A stretch of 64,000 nucleotides of DNA, from NCBI RefSeq assembly GCF_009914755.1, contig NC_060928.1. One strand, 5' to 3'. The stretch is from the human T2T-CHM13v2.0 reference genome, Homo sapiens. A program made the position numbers and the translations under genes. Positions within the stretch are counted from its first letter, which is position 1; every line of letters begins with the position of its first letter. The notes beneath the pieces are model-generated. The model saw only the letters and a list, made by a program, of their open reading frames with translations. It ran no database searches and was not told the origin of the DNA. Below are positions 1-13,619 of the stretch, piece after piece.

Positions 1-1789
1 AAATCATGCATAATTTAAAAAATGTAGATGATGGTTAACATTTAGTGTGAATATCTGATACTATTCAGTTACCAATTCCACCACTGATACATTTGTGCAA
101 TAAAAATGATGGTAGGTGTTTCTCACGAATAGGACCTTATTAAACTTGGAACAGGTTCATTGTGACTTCTTCCGTGAGGATCAGTTTTATGCATCTTGCT
201 GCTGGTTGTCTAGGTCACTATCATCTTTTTCACAAGTTTATTCCCCAGCACAGTATAAGGAGGCTCTTTTGCCTGTTTCTAGTCTGCTGAAAGGTCTGGA
301 AGGTTTGAAACATTTTCAAATAATTACTTGGTCAGAGATTATTTCTCTTAGGGAGCAGAGAGATGTGCAGTTGTGCGGGGTGGTTGGGGGAAGATTTTTA
401 CTTACTGACAATGAGTAAAAATAAGGACTTCCTACATATGAACTTTGTGTAGTTCATGAAATATTCACTACCTTATTCTGAATTGACTCTTATTCTTCTT
501 ATGTTGCCTTATATTGCAGTAACAGCAGCCATATGAACTCTTCAATGTAGGATCATAAGACCTTTGGTCAAAATTACTCTTTTAAAGCAAATCTGTATAT
601 TTACACAACAGTTATATCCATGACTTTGGATTTGGGCTGGAAGTAGAATACACTGGATAAAAGCTATATACTTATCTTTAAAGTGCTTTTATCTACCTTG
701 TTTGTATGCACCAAAAACCTATCACAAGATTTTCTTCTTTCTTTTCTTCCTTTCTTAAACTTTTAGTAGATACCTGCTCTGTACCAATCTGTTATTGTCT
801 GAGGTGACAAAGAACAAGATAAGGCTTCTGTATTGAACATTTTTTATGGGTTCAAAATCTTTTCTTTGTGGCAAAAGTAGAAGTTGTTAATGTAGGTTAG
901 CTAGATGATTTTATGATTACATTAGTCTCGGTAATAGACATTATTTCTAGATCATTTATAAATATTATCCTATACGTTGGGCCTAGATTTTAAATTATCT
1001 TAAAAGCAGAAATGGTAATTCAAAAAATTGTAAAGAAAACATAAAAAAGATTCTCAATGGAAGGTGAAAAGCCATCATCTTAAATACTGATTTAGAATAT
1101 ATTGCTGAAAACTTTGGTAGCCAAATGAGTACTACTGCTGTTAACAAACTAATAATGCCAATTGCAGATCTGTTAAAAAGTTTCAATTTTTCGCATCATA
1201 TTTGGAGATGAAAATTTATATTTTATTTTGCATATGATTTTTTTCTTTCATTGCCACAATCTCTTCAAATCAGTTTAAACTGGCATAGACTACATAAATT
1301 GCTGGGTGATGTTTACATAAATTATGGGGATTAACTAATTAATTATAATAAATACTATTTTAGGTTGTTACTGAAGAAGCTAGTTGCAGGTTTTAAATAG
1401 TAAGTTTTACAAAATACTTTAAAATGTCAATGCATATACCTATTTTGAATAATCTAAGAGACACTAACACCTTGCTAGTGTCTCTTGTTAAAACAGATTT
1501 TATATAATTTAAACCTTGGTTATTATAGGGGTTTGAGAATTTCAGGTAGAAAATCATGATTATCTGAAAAAAGTTGATGCAGCTTTAACATGTAACAAAA
1601 ATTATCTAATAGAATTAAAATATTTGCTTACAATAGCATTTTGGTACTATGGATGATTTAGAATGTAAAACATGCAGAAAATTTTAATTTAGCTTCTTGT
1701 GGTCTTTATATTTTGAAGCTTAAAAATTGTGATGAAAATAATCATGCATATGGTAATTTAAAAAAAACACTACACACGGGGATATAATA

Positions 1790-2780
1790 AATATTGTCTT
1801 CTTTCACCTCATTTCTATGTCTCTGAGATAATCACCATTGATGGTTTCCAGAAATGGTAGCATAATATACACTGTTCTTTATCTTGATTGTTTTCTTCTT
1901 AACATAAATCGGAGTTCTGCTTTTATGTGCAGAGATTTTCCTCTTCTTTTTTTCTAGTTATTGCATGGTATTCTGTTGTTATGTGGCCTTTTTGTTGATG
2001 ATTGTTTTCATTTTTGCTGTTTCTTTTAATAATATGTCCAAGTGGGTTTGTAGAATAGTTTGCTATGAGTGGAATAACTTGTAGTCAAAAAGTGTTTGCA
2101 TTTAAAACTTTGCTGGATATACAAAAAAGGCATATCAATTTACAACCCTACCTAGAGTGTATGAGTATGTCTGTTTCTGCCTAATATCACAAGGTTAAAT
2201 TTTTTAAAGCTTTGCTCTTGGTATCTTATTGTTTACATTTACTATGGTAAGACGTTATTTGTATTTCTATGTATGTGTGTGTGCATAAACACACCTGTTC
2301 ATTCCTTTGCCCGATTTTCTTTTGGGTTGTTGGTCTATTTATGGGTGAGTCTACTTATTATTATTTGATACATACATTAAAGTAGCACACTTGTGATGTG
2401 TTTCAGCTGTTTTACCCAGCTTTGTGTCTTTTTAACCTGTTTATCGCTTTTTGGAATGACAATTTCAGTTCATGATTTTTATGAATACACATATTCTTAA
2501 ATTTTATTTAGTAAAATTTAGAAATTGTTTGCTTAATTTCCTCAGGAATTTTGTGCCTTGCTCAGAAAAACATTTCCCACCGTAGTTTATTTTTTTTAAA
2601 AAACTGCCTGTGCTTTAATACCATCATATTTTGGTATTATGTTTCCAGATAAATCATTGAATCATCTGGCTTTATGTGATTAACAAAACCTACAGAATCC
2701 CGTTTTATTTTTCCTTCGTAAGGTTAGCCAATTGTCACAACGTATATAAACATGAATTTTTACTTCATTGATTTGAAATG
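1790..2780 (-). mobile_element. Old L1 (L1M/L1ME-like) 3' region fragment
   Basis: T-rich with degenerate antisense L1 motifs (catatcaatttacaaccctacctagagtgtatgag; cctgttcattcctttgcccgattttc); boundaries approximate. Confidence 0.6.
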
Positions 2781-2786
2781 TATAAG

Positions 2787-3076
2787 TTTTTTTTTTTTTT
2801 TTTAATTTTGAAAGTCTCATTCTGTCATCCACCCAGGCTGGAGTGCAGTGGCATGATCATGGCTCACTGTAACCGCAAACTCCTGAGCTCAGGTTATTCT
2901 TCTGCTTCAGCCTCCTGAGTAGCTGGGACTACAGGCACATGCCACTGCCTGGTTAATTTTTAAAAATAGTCTGACTGTGTGGACCGGGCTAGTCTCAAAC
3001 TCCTGGCCTCAAGCAATCCTTCCATCTTGGCCTTCCAAAGTTCTGGGACTATAGGTGTGAGCCACTGCACTTGGCC
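2787..3076 (-). mobile_element. Alu (AluJ-like)
   Basis: Poly-T, then cccaggctggagtgcagtggcatgatcatggctcactg ... ctcctggcctcaagcaatcc ... gtgagccactgcacttggcc; J-type diagnostics. Confidence 0.95.
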
Positions 3077-3949
3077 CAGATTTTTTTCTTAAGTAAATAA
3101 TTCCTCAAGGAGTTACAAACAAATAGGGAATTTACCCAGAGTGTGAAATAAAGAAAATTAAAACTGTATTACAAGCAAAGAGATGTAAAGTCATGCAAGG
3201 CATTTGTTTCCTGAGCAGTGTTGTTATCATAAATTGTGCTTTTGTGTTTCTGGGGTCTCAGATCAATAAAAGAGGATGTCAGATTTTGAACATTAACGGA
3301 GCCCAGAGGGATAAATAAAGGATGTTATTATGTTTTTTTGGCTTGTGTCATAGCAGTAATATCACTTAAATGGACTACTCGTTTTGCATATTTCTTAACC
3401 TATATCAAGATTTAAGTAATGGGTTACGATTATGTCTTGGTTCTTGAATATCACTTTGAAGTTAATTCAGTGTAACAATCCATATGTGTTCACAAATAGA
3501 ATGTTAAAACTAAAGACCGCAATCTATATGCAATAAAGAAAGGTGAAGGAACTCAGTTACTATGGCTTCATTAACTAACACTGTATTTAGTTTCATCCCC
3601 GGTTTGTCTTAAGAATCAGTTATGTGCTCTACCTAAAGCCAAATATCAAGCTATTTATAACATAAATTTGATTTAAACTGGAATACTAAATAAAATTCTA
3701 GAAAGTTACTTGCGTCAAGATATACTTTCAGCCTGCCTTATGGTGCATGTCATAAACTGTGTATTTTTGGCCAACCGTCAGGGAAATTTATAAATCTTTA
3801 ACCACTTTATTTTGTAGAACTATGAACTTAATGTGGGCTTATTGATAGGGGCAAAAGATGAGCAAAGACCTTGAAGACCCATTGGCTTTCCATGAGCATT
3901 AAAGTGGAAAGATTTTAACTTTCAGTATAATTTAAAGCAATATCTTTTG

Positions 3950-4540
3950 TTTAATCTGCAAGACTCTACTCATCTGCTTATATTTTAATGTATCTTTGAT
4001 AGAAGAAAATTTGCCTTTTTGAAAGAAATAAATCTACATGAGCAGAACTGCATTAAAGCCATTTGTAAACTTCATAGCTTCATAATATTCACACCAATCA
4101 TTTCTTTTCCATTTTTGCAAGTTTTTAAAAATTCTTCTTTTATCCATTACAAAACACTGCTGCAAATGAAATTTCTTTTGCATATGTATTTTTCACCATT
4201 TCTGATGACTGAAGTATAATTACTGGATTAAAGGCCATGAAGCGTTTAGTTAAGTAAATCAATTTCTGATATATGCTAAGGAAATCCAATCCAGACTATA
4301 ATCCCATCAATAGTCTATGAAAAGTCTAGTCTTTCATACCCTGTGCATCATTGTTACAATTTTTAAAATTCTTACCTATTTGATACCTAAAAATATTTTT
4401 TGTTATATAAAATAGTTTTTCATATTTATTATTGCACACTTATGTTTCTTCTTTCATAAACAGTTTATTAAAGTCTTTTGCCCAATTTTTATTGTCATTG
4501 CGGTACTTTTTCCTATTGAATTGTATGAGTTGTTTATTCA
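3950..4540 (-). mobile_element. Old L1M fragment
   Basis: Degenerate antisense L1 3' motifs (cccatcaatagtctatgaaaag; aaagtcttttgcccaatttt). Confidence 0.5.
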
Positions 4541-4559
4541 AGATGACTATGACAGAGGA

Positions 4560-4745
4560 AGATGGGACTAGAGAGTTGCACATCTAGCAATTTAATGCTT
4601 CTGCCGAGGCAAGAACCATGCCACATCAGCTTGGATGTCATTGATTAGAACTATTCCCATGAAATACCCAACTTCAAGGGGTTGGAGACTAATCCTCCTT
4701 ATGTCCAGAATAGAACTGTGTATTGGTGAATATTAATAATGCCTA
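4560..4745 (-). mobile_element. MaLR LTR fragment (MLT1-like)
   Basis: gtcattgattagaactattcccatg...cccaacttcaaggg resembles the MLT1 U3 motif cattggccagaactagtcacatggcc. Confidence 0.4.
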
Positions 4746-4999
4746 TAATATATGACACTCCTTTGCTAATCAAAACGTATTTAATTCTTTTCCATGGTTT
4801 ATTTTTTTCTTTCAATTTTGTATATGACTTTTTAAAAGGTACTGTTTCAAAGATGTGCAATTTTTGTTTATTTTTGGAATGTGCTTCCCTCTGATATATC
4901 TGCAAATGTTTAAAATTTCCACTAACAGAGGAAGACAGAATGGAAAAGAACTTGCCTCTGCCAATTCTTCTAGTGGTTAATTCTATATTAATAACATAA

Positions 5000-7050
5000 T
5001 TCTGTTGTTAATTTTATATTGCTCTATTTTCATTATAATTTCTAATAATATACTTGAAACTATATTTCTTATTTTGACAATTAGAAAGATTGTCTTTCAA
5101 CTTCTTACTTTATGAATTGATGACATTCGTGAGTCAAGATTCAGAACATCTATATTCTACTTTGTATTTATATGTAAATACATGTATATATACATGTATT
5201 TTTGATGTCATTTACTTTAAAAATGGAAAAATCAATAAGTATTGTTTACACATCTATATATAGCTAGGTGACTATTATTCAATGCAGAGCCAAGTACCAT
5301 GCTATGATTAGATTTTCCATTTTTATATATTTTTCCTGTATACTTGAAATTTCCAAATGTTATTATACATTATGTGGTTTTAAAATATTTTTAAGTTCTT
5401 ACTATCGTATATCTAATTCATGTATTCTAGTCTTTCAAGAGACTTTATTCATCTTCCTTGTGCAAACTAGATTGGCTTCTCTTGATCCTCCTGAACAACT
5501 GACATATTGAGATAGCACTGTCCTTTTGTGGTTGACCATGTAATTATTTCTTGACTTATTTCTTCATATGCTTTAAATACATTTTCTTTATTACTTACAA
5601 TAGATTATTTAAAACAAGTTTTAAAATAATAAATCATATACACACGCACATATAAGTGTGCATGCATGCATGTATATGCATGGGTGTGTGTGCATAATAT
5701 TTTAATGAAATCCCTCATTGATAGCTTTTTCCATGTTGGGAAAAGGCATAAATGCCTTCATGATATCCGTAATATTTTTCATCTTACTGAGTATTTCTAT
5801 TCCTCAGAATACATTAAATTTTTCTTCAATATCAATTATGTTCTAATTTGGAGCAATTAATCTAGGTTTAAATTACATTTTTTCCACAAAAATTTTTGAA
5901 ATATCTTGGAGTTTCTCATTTTTTTGTTTTTCTTGCACTGTGAACTTTATCTTACATTTTATTTATTTCCTTTCCTTCCTAATGTATCTCTTTCTCCACT
6001 TTATGCCTGGGCAGCACCCCACTGGAGTTTTCTGTCTTCCTGCAATTTGAAATCAATGTTCTCTAATCTTATTGCACTGCCCGTCAACTGGGACCTTCTC
6101 TTTGTTCTTTTGATTTGAGGCTTGTTGTCTGAACCCGTCGATTTTAATTTCTTTTTTCTTATTCTGATTTTCTCTAGAGCACCTCCTTAAGTTACTTTCT
6201 TTTTTTTTTTCTTTTATTTTTATACTTTACATTTTAGGGTACATGTGCACATTGTGCAGGTTAGTTACATATGTATACATGTGCCATGCTGGTGCGCCGC
6301 ACCCACTAACTCGTCATCTAGCATTAGGTATATCTCCCAATGCTATCCCTCCCCTCTCCCCCCACCCCACAACAGTCCCCAGAGTGTGATGTTCCCCTTC
6401 CTGTGTCCATGTGATCTCATTGTTCAGTTCCCACCTATGAGTGAGAATATGCGGTGTTTGGTTTTTTGTTCTTGCGATAGTTTACTGAGAATGATGATTT
6501 CCAATTTCATCCATGTCCCTACAAAGGACATGAACTCATCATTTTTTATGGCTGCATAGTATTCCAAGGTGTATATGTGCCACATTTTCTTAATCCAGTT
6601 CTAAGAACGGGTATTTTGGTGGTAAATTATCTGAGTATTTGCATGTTTGCAATGGTTTTAATTCTCCTCTCATATGTGATTGAAGGCTTTGATGGATACA
6701 GATTTCTAGGATGAAAATTACATTTCCTTAGAACTTGGAAGGAATGACCGCCTTATTTTCTATCATCAGATGTTGTTTGAGACGCCTAATTCTTGTTTTT
6801 TGTGCATTTATTATTTGCTTTTTGGCAGCTTTCAGGATTTTATCATTAGTCCTACCTAAAAATTCACAGTGATGTATCTAAATGGGAACTTTTAAAGTCC
6901 ATCCTATTTAGGACTCAATTTGAAAACAGATTCCCCCATGAAGACCTGAAAAATTCTCAGGGATGAATACGTAGAGGACTTGCCTCTCTCCATTTCTTTT
7001 AGTTCTTTCTAGATATCTGTTTAGTTGATTTTGCCCTTCTTGTATTTAGT
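5000..7050 (-). mobile_element. Old L1M/HAL1 ORF1-region fragments, host of the L1PA at 6201-6599
   Basis: ggtaaattatctgagtatttgcatg...ggatacagatttctaggatgaaaattacatttccttagaacttggaag is typical of antisense old-L1 ORF1. Confidence 0.5.
6201..6599 (-). mobile_element. 5'-truncated young L1 (L1PA2/L1PA3-like), ~400 bp of 3' end
   Basis: Near-consensus L1PA 3'UTR (gggtacatgtgcacattgtgcaggttag...); sense reads gatgacGAGttagt, so not the Ta ACA or pre-Ta ACG diagnostic; poly-T at left; only a short ttct duplication followed by aa. Confidence 0.95.
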
Positions 7051-8100
7051 GTAACATAGACAAAAAAGATCATACATCCTTTTTTTCTGATATTGTAGCT
7101 TTAAACATTTTTACTAATATAATGCAGTTAAAATAGATTAGATAGCGTTCATCTGTTTGGCTGTGTAGAACATCTATCCACTTCTGAGATTGCCTTGAGT
7201 GGTTCTATCTAAATAATGCTTACCCTCATATTTGCTTTATCCCCTCTTCCTCATTGTATGGCTATTAGAAAATACAGCTTTCATGGAATTTTGAAAACCA
7301 TAGAGCATCATTGGAAGAAAAGAAACATGTTTCTAAGTGTTGATGAAAACGATACAAAAAGTAACACTGAGCATTAGAATAAGGGAAAGAGATGAGCAGA
7401 ACAACTTAGGCAATGGCATAAATAATAAGTCATTTGGTTTGTGTGTTCCACATTACCAATCTTATTTCATCTTTGTAGTCCTCTCTCGTATTTAATTATA
7501 AGTTGCTTTTCTTTTCTCTTTACAAGAGTCTGTAAAACCTTATATTCACAATTTTATCTTTGCTATCTTACTCTTTTGGTAGAGTCTTGTGTTGGCAGCA
7601 TAGTTGAATGTTTTGTATCTTTTTGATATTTTATCTTCAGCATATGGTTTTGAATTTTAAATGTGAAGATCATGATAACCTTCATATCTAGAATTTCTTC
7701 TCTAAAAAGGCAGTCAGGTTAAGGCTTCACCTATGTTTTAGCAATACACTAGTAATGAACAGATAGATATTCAGTGGAAAAAAACTATTAAGTAATTGAT
7801 ATAAGAAACAGAGCCCTGGCGATTTCAGGATTTTATTGTTTATTGTCAACTTTTTCTTAGCTGTTACCTTGTTGATAATGGAGATGATTTGTTGCCTCGG
7901 AAAATAAAAGCACACTGAAGCAATAACCATGTGAATAATATGTTTATGGTTGAGAGAAAGTACAGTTCACCAAGTAATATTTTTTGATGAAATTGAGGCA
8001 GATTGATTTTATGCTTTCTGATGATAGAGGTACTGATAAGATTACAAATCTCATATAACCATTCAGAAAAGTTTACCACTTTTCCCCTGAAAAGAATCTA

Positions 8101-8765
8101 TAGTTGATTTTCATTATTTACAGTAGTTATGTTCTAAAAATTATTCTCTAACACTGAATTAGCAAATACTGAACCATTGCTCCTAGGGGAAATTGAATTA
8201 GGTTCCTGTGAGCCTCTCATTACAACATTTTCATCAACTGATCAATACATAACATTGTTTATGTTTACAAACATCTTATTTCATATATATTGTTTACAGA
8301 CATCTTTCTTAATATATTTTGATCCATTAACACTGAATACATGGCCAACAGTACTATAATTCAAGCCTGAAGGGAGCTAATCTAACACACATATTTTCTC
8401 AGTAAAGCACATCACAGCCTTCTTGTGCTTTAAAATGCTAGACAGCAATTCCTATCTATGCTTGGGAACCACTTTAAACAGTGAAATTACTAACAAAAAG
8501 TGCAAAGATGCAAAATAAAAATGGAAATTAAATAGATTCCCAAAAGGACACTTGTTTACAGTATGAAAGCTGACACAAGAAGGCAGAGTGTTGCCTTGTT
8601 TGATCTCAGCTGGAGATGTGAGCTGGGTAACAATTTTTCACTGCTCTGCAAATGTCCATGAATGACTGCAAAAGTGCTGCAAGTATTGATTTTGAGGTTA
8701 CAAATAAATTTTAGAGAGTAGGCAAATTTGCAAATAATAAATCCATAAAAAATGAAGATGGTTTC
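8101..8765. mobile_element. MER82-like TcMar-Tigger non-autonomous DNA transposon
   Basis: Degenerate TIRs (tagttgattttcattatt ... aaaaatgaagatggtttc) flanked by TA; internal acactgaattagcaaatactgaaccattgctcctagggg; ~665 bp. Confidence 0.8.
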
Positions 8766-9369
8766 TATTTGATTTGAGCCAGTTTAGGCAAAACAGATAG
8801 CTTTTTATTTATTTTAGAAATCTGATAGAGTTTAAAGGATTTCACCTTGCTCTGAAATGTTTATAATTACCTGTGATGAAAAAGCAGCTTGGATTTGAAA
8901 GGATTTGGATCTGAGTCTGACTTTAAACTCTGTGGAAGAAATTGAGGGGAAATGAACACGCTTATTCTCCCCAATTCAAATTCATGGTGGCACAGCTGAA
9001 GGACAAAGCATTTTCTTTTATTTTTCTTTTCTTGTAGTGAATGCCCCCTAAAAGAGAAAGATCTAAAGCACTGAAGGACATTAAACTCCTTTGAGGTGTC
9101 TAAGCAACAATTTTTGTGAATCCTGTTATCATAGGTTTTTTCCACTTTTGTTTTGCTATTCTTTTCACTGGGAAAGTTAGAGTGCTAACAAACATAAAGA
9201 AAAGAAAAGTGAGGATGTGTGCTGTATGTACCTGTGCCTAATTGGCACAATATTTGGCTGTAAGTTGGGATGCACATAGGCTTTACATAGGCTTACCAGA
9301 ATCTAGTTATCATTTTCTCTGCATGAAAGATTGTCCTAAGCTCTGAGGGGCAGACATTAAGAAGACTAG

Positions 9370-9845
9370 AAAGGTGGACGCTCATGGAGCCTATGTTAGA
9401 ATGGGTGAATGATAATAAACAAATAGAAAAAAAAGCAGAAAAAAAAAGATTATAGCTTGAGAAATGCACTTTAAAGGAAATCAGTAGGGAGCATGATGGA
9501 GGAACTAGTTGAAGACAATATGTTAGGTAGGCTGAGTGAGGAAGGTCTGTTATTTAAGGAGGTAAGACCTGAGCTGAGACCAGGAAGATGAGAACCAGCT
9601 GGACATATGAAGAGTTGGGGAAAGAGCATCCCTGGTAGAGGGAACTAAATACAAAGGGCCTGAATGAGAAAAACCTTGGTGTGATTACTCTCAGGAGGAA
9701 GGTGTCTTTGCAACAGAGAGAGGGAGCAAAAGGGTGGGCAAAAACAAATAAACCAACAAAAGCTAGAGAGATCAGCAGGAGGCAAAGCACACAGCTCGTA
9801 GTAAGCAGCATGAGTTTTGATTTAGGTGAACTGAAGATCCACATA
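9370..9845 (-). mobile_element. L2 LINE fragment
   Basis: ctcatggagcctatg; gaggtaagacctgagctgagacc; gggaaagagcatccctggtagagggaac. Confidence 0.75.
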
Positions 9846-11699
9846 ATCTCAGACTGAAAGGTAAACAATAAGGCAGGAAAAAGATCTTAACCCCCTACCT
9901 CCTTAGCTTCATCACAGCAAATGTCAGCAAAAATATGCAATGGGAAAAGCAAAGATTTCCATACTCACAAAATCATTTCGAGATGAGAAAATATATTCGT
10001 CTGATTGGATTTGGATTTTTCCTTTCTGTTTGGTTGGAAGCAATTTGTTCAGAGTGAACATTTCTCTAGAAATGTCTTCAGCAACAAAGAGTTTTTATTC
10101 TTACAGGGATGTAAGGTTTGTTGTGTTGTGGATTGTCCTATATAAAAGAGGCTACTGATACTAGAGTTATTACTCAGAACCTTTAAAGTTTGTCTCTTAC
10201 TTAGCACTGAAACTATTTTCTGAACAATAATCTGTTGGCTTTGACTTCCTACCTCTTCATTGTGAATGATATAAAAAAAATCATGTACTGTCTGGCCTCA
10301 GGGTCACCATTTCCCTCTTTGGCTCCTCAGGCTGAATCAGAGTTGCTAGTTGTGAGGAGGAATGAGGCCTTCCTGTAGCTATGTCTTTGATTACATGAAT
10401 AGTTTTTACTCTGAAAGTCAGGGTGGAGAAAAATCTGAAATTTAATTTGCTCATCTTCTGATTGTCCTAATTGCCTTGCCCAGTTTTTTCACTGGATTAA
10501 AAAAATACTACATAAAAAAATAATAGCAGATTGTCATTTCTAAAAATTTATATTTTTCTCAATTCATTTATCTAATGGACAAAAACAGGCATCTACACAC
10601 AGTAAATGAGGTGATTATTTTCAAACATAGGATGGTAGCAGACTTAGAGAGTGAAATCAGAGCTTCGAGTATACCAGGCCCTTTAGGAAAGCTGTGATCT
10701 TCCTATAATCTCCAACTCGATTATTGTTTGTATTTTCAGGTAATAATTAAGGTGGCATCATATACTTCAGGGTTTGTTTCTGCTGCCAGGTTCAATCTTT
10801 GTCTATGGAATGAACTCTACCTTGCTTGTGGAAAAAAAATACACTCTGCTTTTCCTTTCTCTATATTCTAGTGATAATAGACTTGGAGTTACATGTCATT
10901 CAAAGGAATAGAGTCCAACTTATAAACAAGTCTCCTGAATCTTCTCCTATCTGCTTCATTAAGATACTTATGATTTCTAAGTGAATTAAGACCAGGTTTT
11001 TTTTTGGAAACTGTTAAAATCTAATAACTTTGGAAAAATGAAAGTTTAGGGGAAGCTTCCTTGTACTGCTAGAAACATAAGTGAAATGAAATCCAACTAT
11101 AATATATCAGGACTTCAAAGCCCCAGGATGGATGTCATGCTAAGTAGTAAAGGCAATAAATTATCAGTATTTGGGGGATGCTTTCTAGAAAGAAAGATTC
11201 CAAGACCTCTCTTGATAATCTTTATCACAAAATAACTCTTCTTGTCAAGGAGTTTTGCCTATGTCTGTCTGAATTTTATTCTCTGTAATTTAAACATCCT
11301 TTCATTTAGGCAACCCTCTGAGAAAGAGACAAAAGTCTATGCTTCGTCAGCATGGCAGAACTTCGTATACTTAACAGCAATAACTCAACCATTTATTTTC
11401 TATGTAAAGGAACTCAACCCTTAGGCTTCTCACAGAACACGAATGTTTCCTCTGGTTTATTTTTCTCGTCATATACAACCTCATTCCAATTTTTTTCTGA
11501 TAAAAAAAACAAACTGAAACCTACATTGTGCAAGAGTAATAATTTCTAGTTAATTTTGTTGACAGTAGAGGTTTATATTCAAGATAATGCATCTCACTTC
11601 ATAGTGAATACATTCCAGTATTACGTTTAGTTTTAAAATAACTTCTTCATATTGATGACATACATTCAATATACAGTTTATTTCTTTGTTATTCCTGTG

Positions 11700-11868
11700 T
11701 TTAGTTAGGAATTCTAACTCTGCTACTTATTGTTGCTATCTGATATTGGACAGGCTAGTTAATTTCTCTTGGCCTTAGTTACTTTGTTTGTGAAATTTGA
11801 ATCACATGATATTGTCTCTATGAAAACATTTAATAACATTTTATATATAGAAAGTGCTCAATAAATAC
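11700..11868 (+). mobile_element. MIR SINE
   Basis: MIR core (tctgctacttat...ttggacaggctagttaatttctcttggccttagtt) and tail aaagtgctcaataaata. Confidence 0.7.
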
Positions 11869-12077
11869 AAGCTTTGATTCTCAGTACATCTTATGTCTTT
11901 ATATGAACTACATGCAACTAACACATTTACTCACATGAAAAAATGTCTGTTAAATTTTATCCTGTTTTTAATACACAATTTTAATGATATAATTAGGTTA
12001 CCTTTGGTTCCATTTTATACTTTCGTAGTAATAACACTGATTTCAAAAATATAGACTATCGACTGGATATCAAGTTC
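11862..12077 (+). repeat. Inverted repeat, left arm (~215 bp)
   Basis: Reverse complement of 13620-13839; manual alignment gives about 16 substitutions and 3 small indels. Confidence 0.95.
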
Positions 12078-13556
12078 ATTGGGATTGGTTTGCTTTTTAC
12101 AAATTTAACTTTGGAATAATTCAGGATTTACTCTTATAAATTGCGATGAGCTGCATATATTGTGATGTACTCTGTAATATCATCTGTTGAAATAAAGGGG
12201 ATATTTCTTATAGTTAATGTGCTATCATTTTGTAGTTTTGTAGAGATTTTCACTTCTTAGAGTTGATTTTTCTTCACACAAATATTGAGTAGTTACTGTT
12301 TTTGGTTTTCGATCTTCACAGCTTCAAGTGTCTTAGGAAACATACTCAGATACACATGTATTAAATGTACTTGTTCATTTTTCATTTTCTGTCCATTTTC
12401 ACTTTAGATTTCTATATTGTTATAAAACTAGTGGTAAAAAATGAAGGCTATTTCCTTTTGCAGTGATATTTCATATGCTTTAACTCATTTTCTTTCACTA
12501 GTAGATAGGAACATGGTACTTGGCTATTTATTTTATATTTCCTCATCAAGATAAAGATGACAGTCTTGGGACTAAAGATGAATAGTTGGGACTTCTCAGG
12601 CATGCTTCTGTTACATTGGCTGAACACATTGTGCTCTCCATAATTAGCATGAACTTTACAGTGTATTCCCTGTGCCTGGCCTTGTGCCAGCCTCTGTTAG
12701 GAAACAAAACTCAGATTCATCATCTCCCAACATATTGCAAAGATACTAGGAGAACAAAAAGACAAATTCACAACAGATTTGAAGATGGATTGCTGTATGC
12801 CTCTGAATATGTTTGGTACATGAATCCAGAAAGTGCAGGATCATTGTGATTGATGAAACTGGGAAATCCCTGTATTTTGTGTAAATGTGGGGGTAGAAAA
12901 AAGAATGATGGTCATGACTTGTGACTCTTCAATTGGTAAGGTGCCCAGAAATGTACCTAGCATGTAGAAGGTGGTCAATGAAGGATGTGAGATAGGGTCC
13001 AAGGAAGGTTATTTTTGAATGTGGGGCACATACGTAATCACACAAGAGGACTTGTCACATTATTCCAGGACTGAGACCTGAGCCACGAAGGTGAGCAGGT
13101 CACCTGGAGCAGTGGGCATGCTTGGCTTCTGGCTGGAGGGTTATTTCGGGGGAGGCAGTACACTTCGACTTTTTGTTAGCTCTGGGGAGAAAGCTGAGAT
13201 CAGAGTTATCCAATGAATGTAGAAATGGTACAGCTCTGACTTAAAGGGAATTCCAGAGTTTCACACCAGAATGAGGCACAGGAAGGGACATGTGCAAGAA
13301 GTGGAGTTCAGGGAGGAGTTAGTGAGGCAGGTGCAGGCAGAAGGGGCGTCACCATGCAGACAGCATCAACACTTTTCTGGAAGAGACGCTTAAGGTTTAA
13401 CTCTGGATTACAAGACAGACGCCTAATCTTTGCTCTTATTATCCTCACTGGGAAATCATTTGTTATTCTTTTGTCAAATATAACAAGTATAAACTCTGCC
13501 TAGGTTGTAGAGTTCTCCCTTAACGTTTTGTACTCTGGGGATAACTCTTTGACGTG

Positions 13557-13619
13557 TATATATATATAATCATATCATATCATATATCATATTTTATATA
13601 TATATCAAAATTTATATTA
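13557..13619. repeat. AT-rich (TA/CATAT) low-complexity tract
   Basis: tatatatatataatcatatcatatcatatatcatattttatatatat. Confidence 0.9.

Noticed and set aside
116-418. 100-aa ORF and the other short F/L/I-rich ORFs across the window
   Set aside because: Many use non-ATG starts, composition mirrors AT-rich non-coding DNA, and there are no recognisable domains or exon structure.
5176-5201. Perfect 26-bp palindrome aaatacatgtatatatacatgtattt
   Set aside because: Low-complexity RY sequence, where palindromes are common.
10720-10746. ttgtattttcAG|GTaata, resembling a recursive splice site (similar at ~19413 and ~52350)
   Set aside because: Weak donor, and such motifs are expected by chance in T-rich DNA; no support without nascent RNA data.
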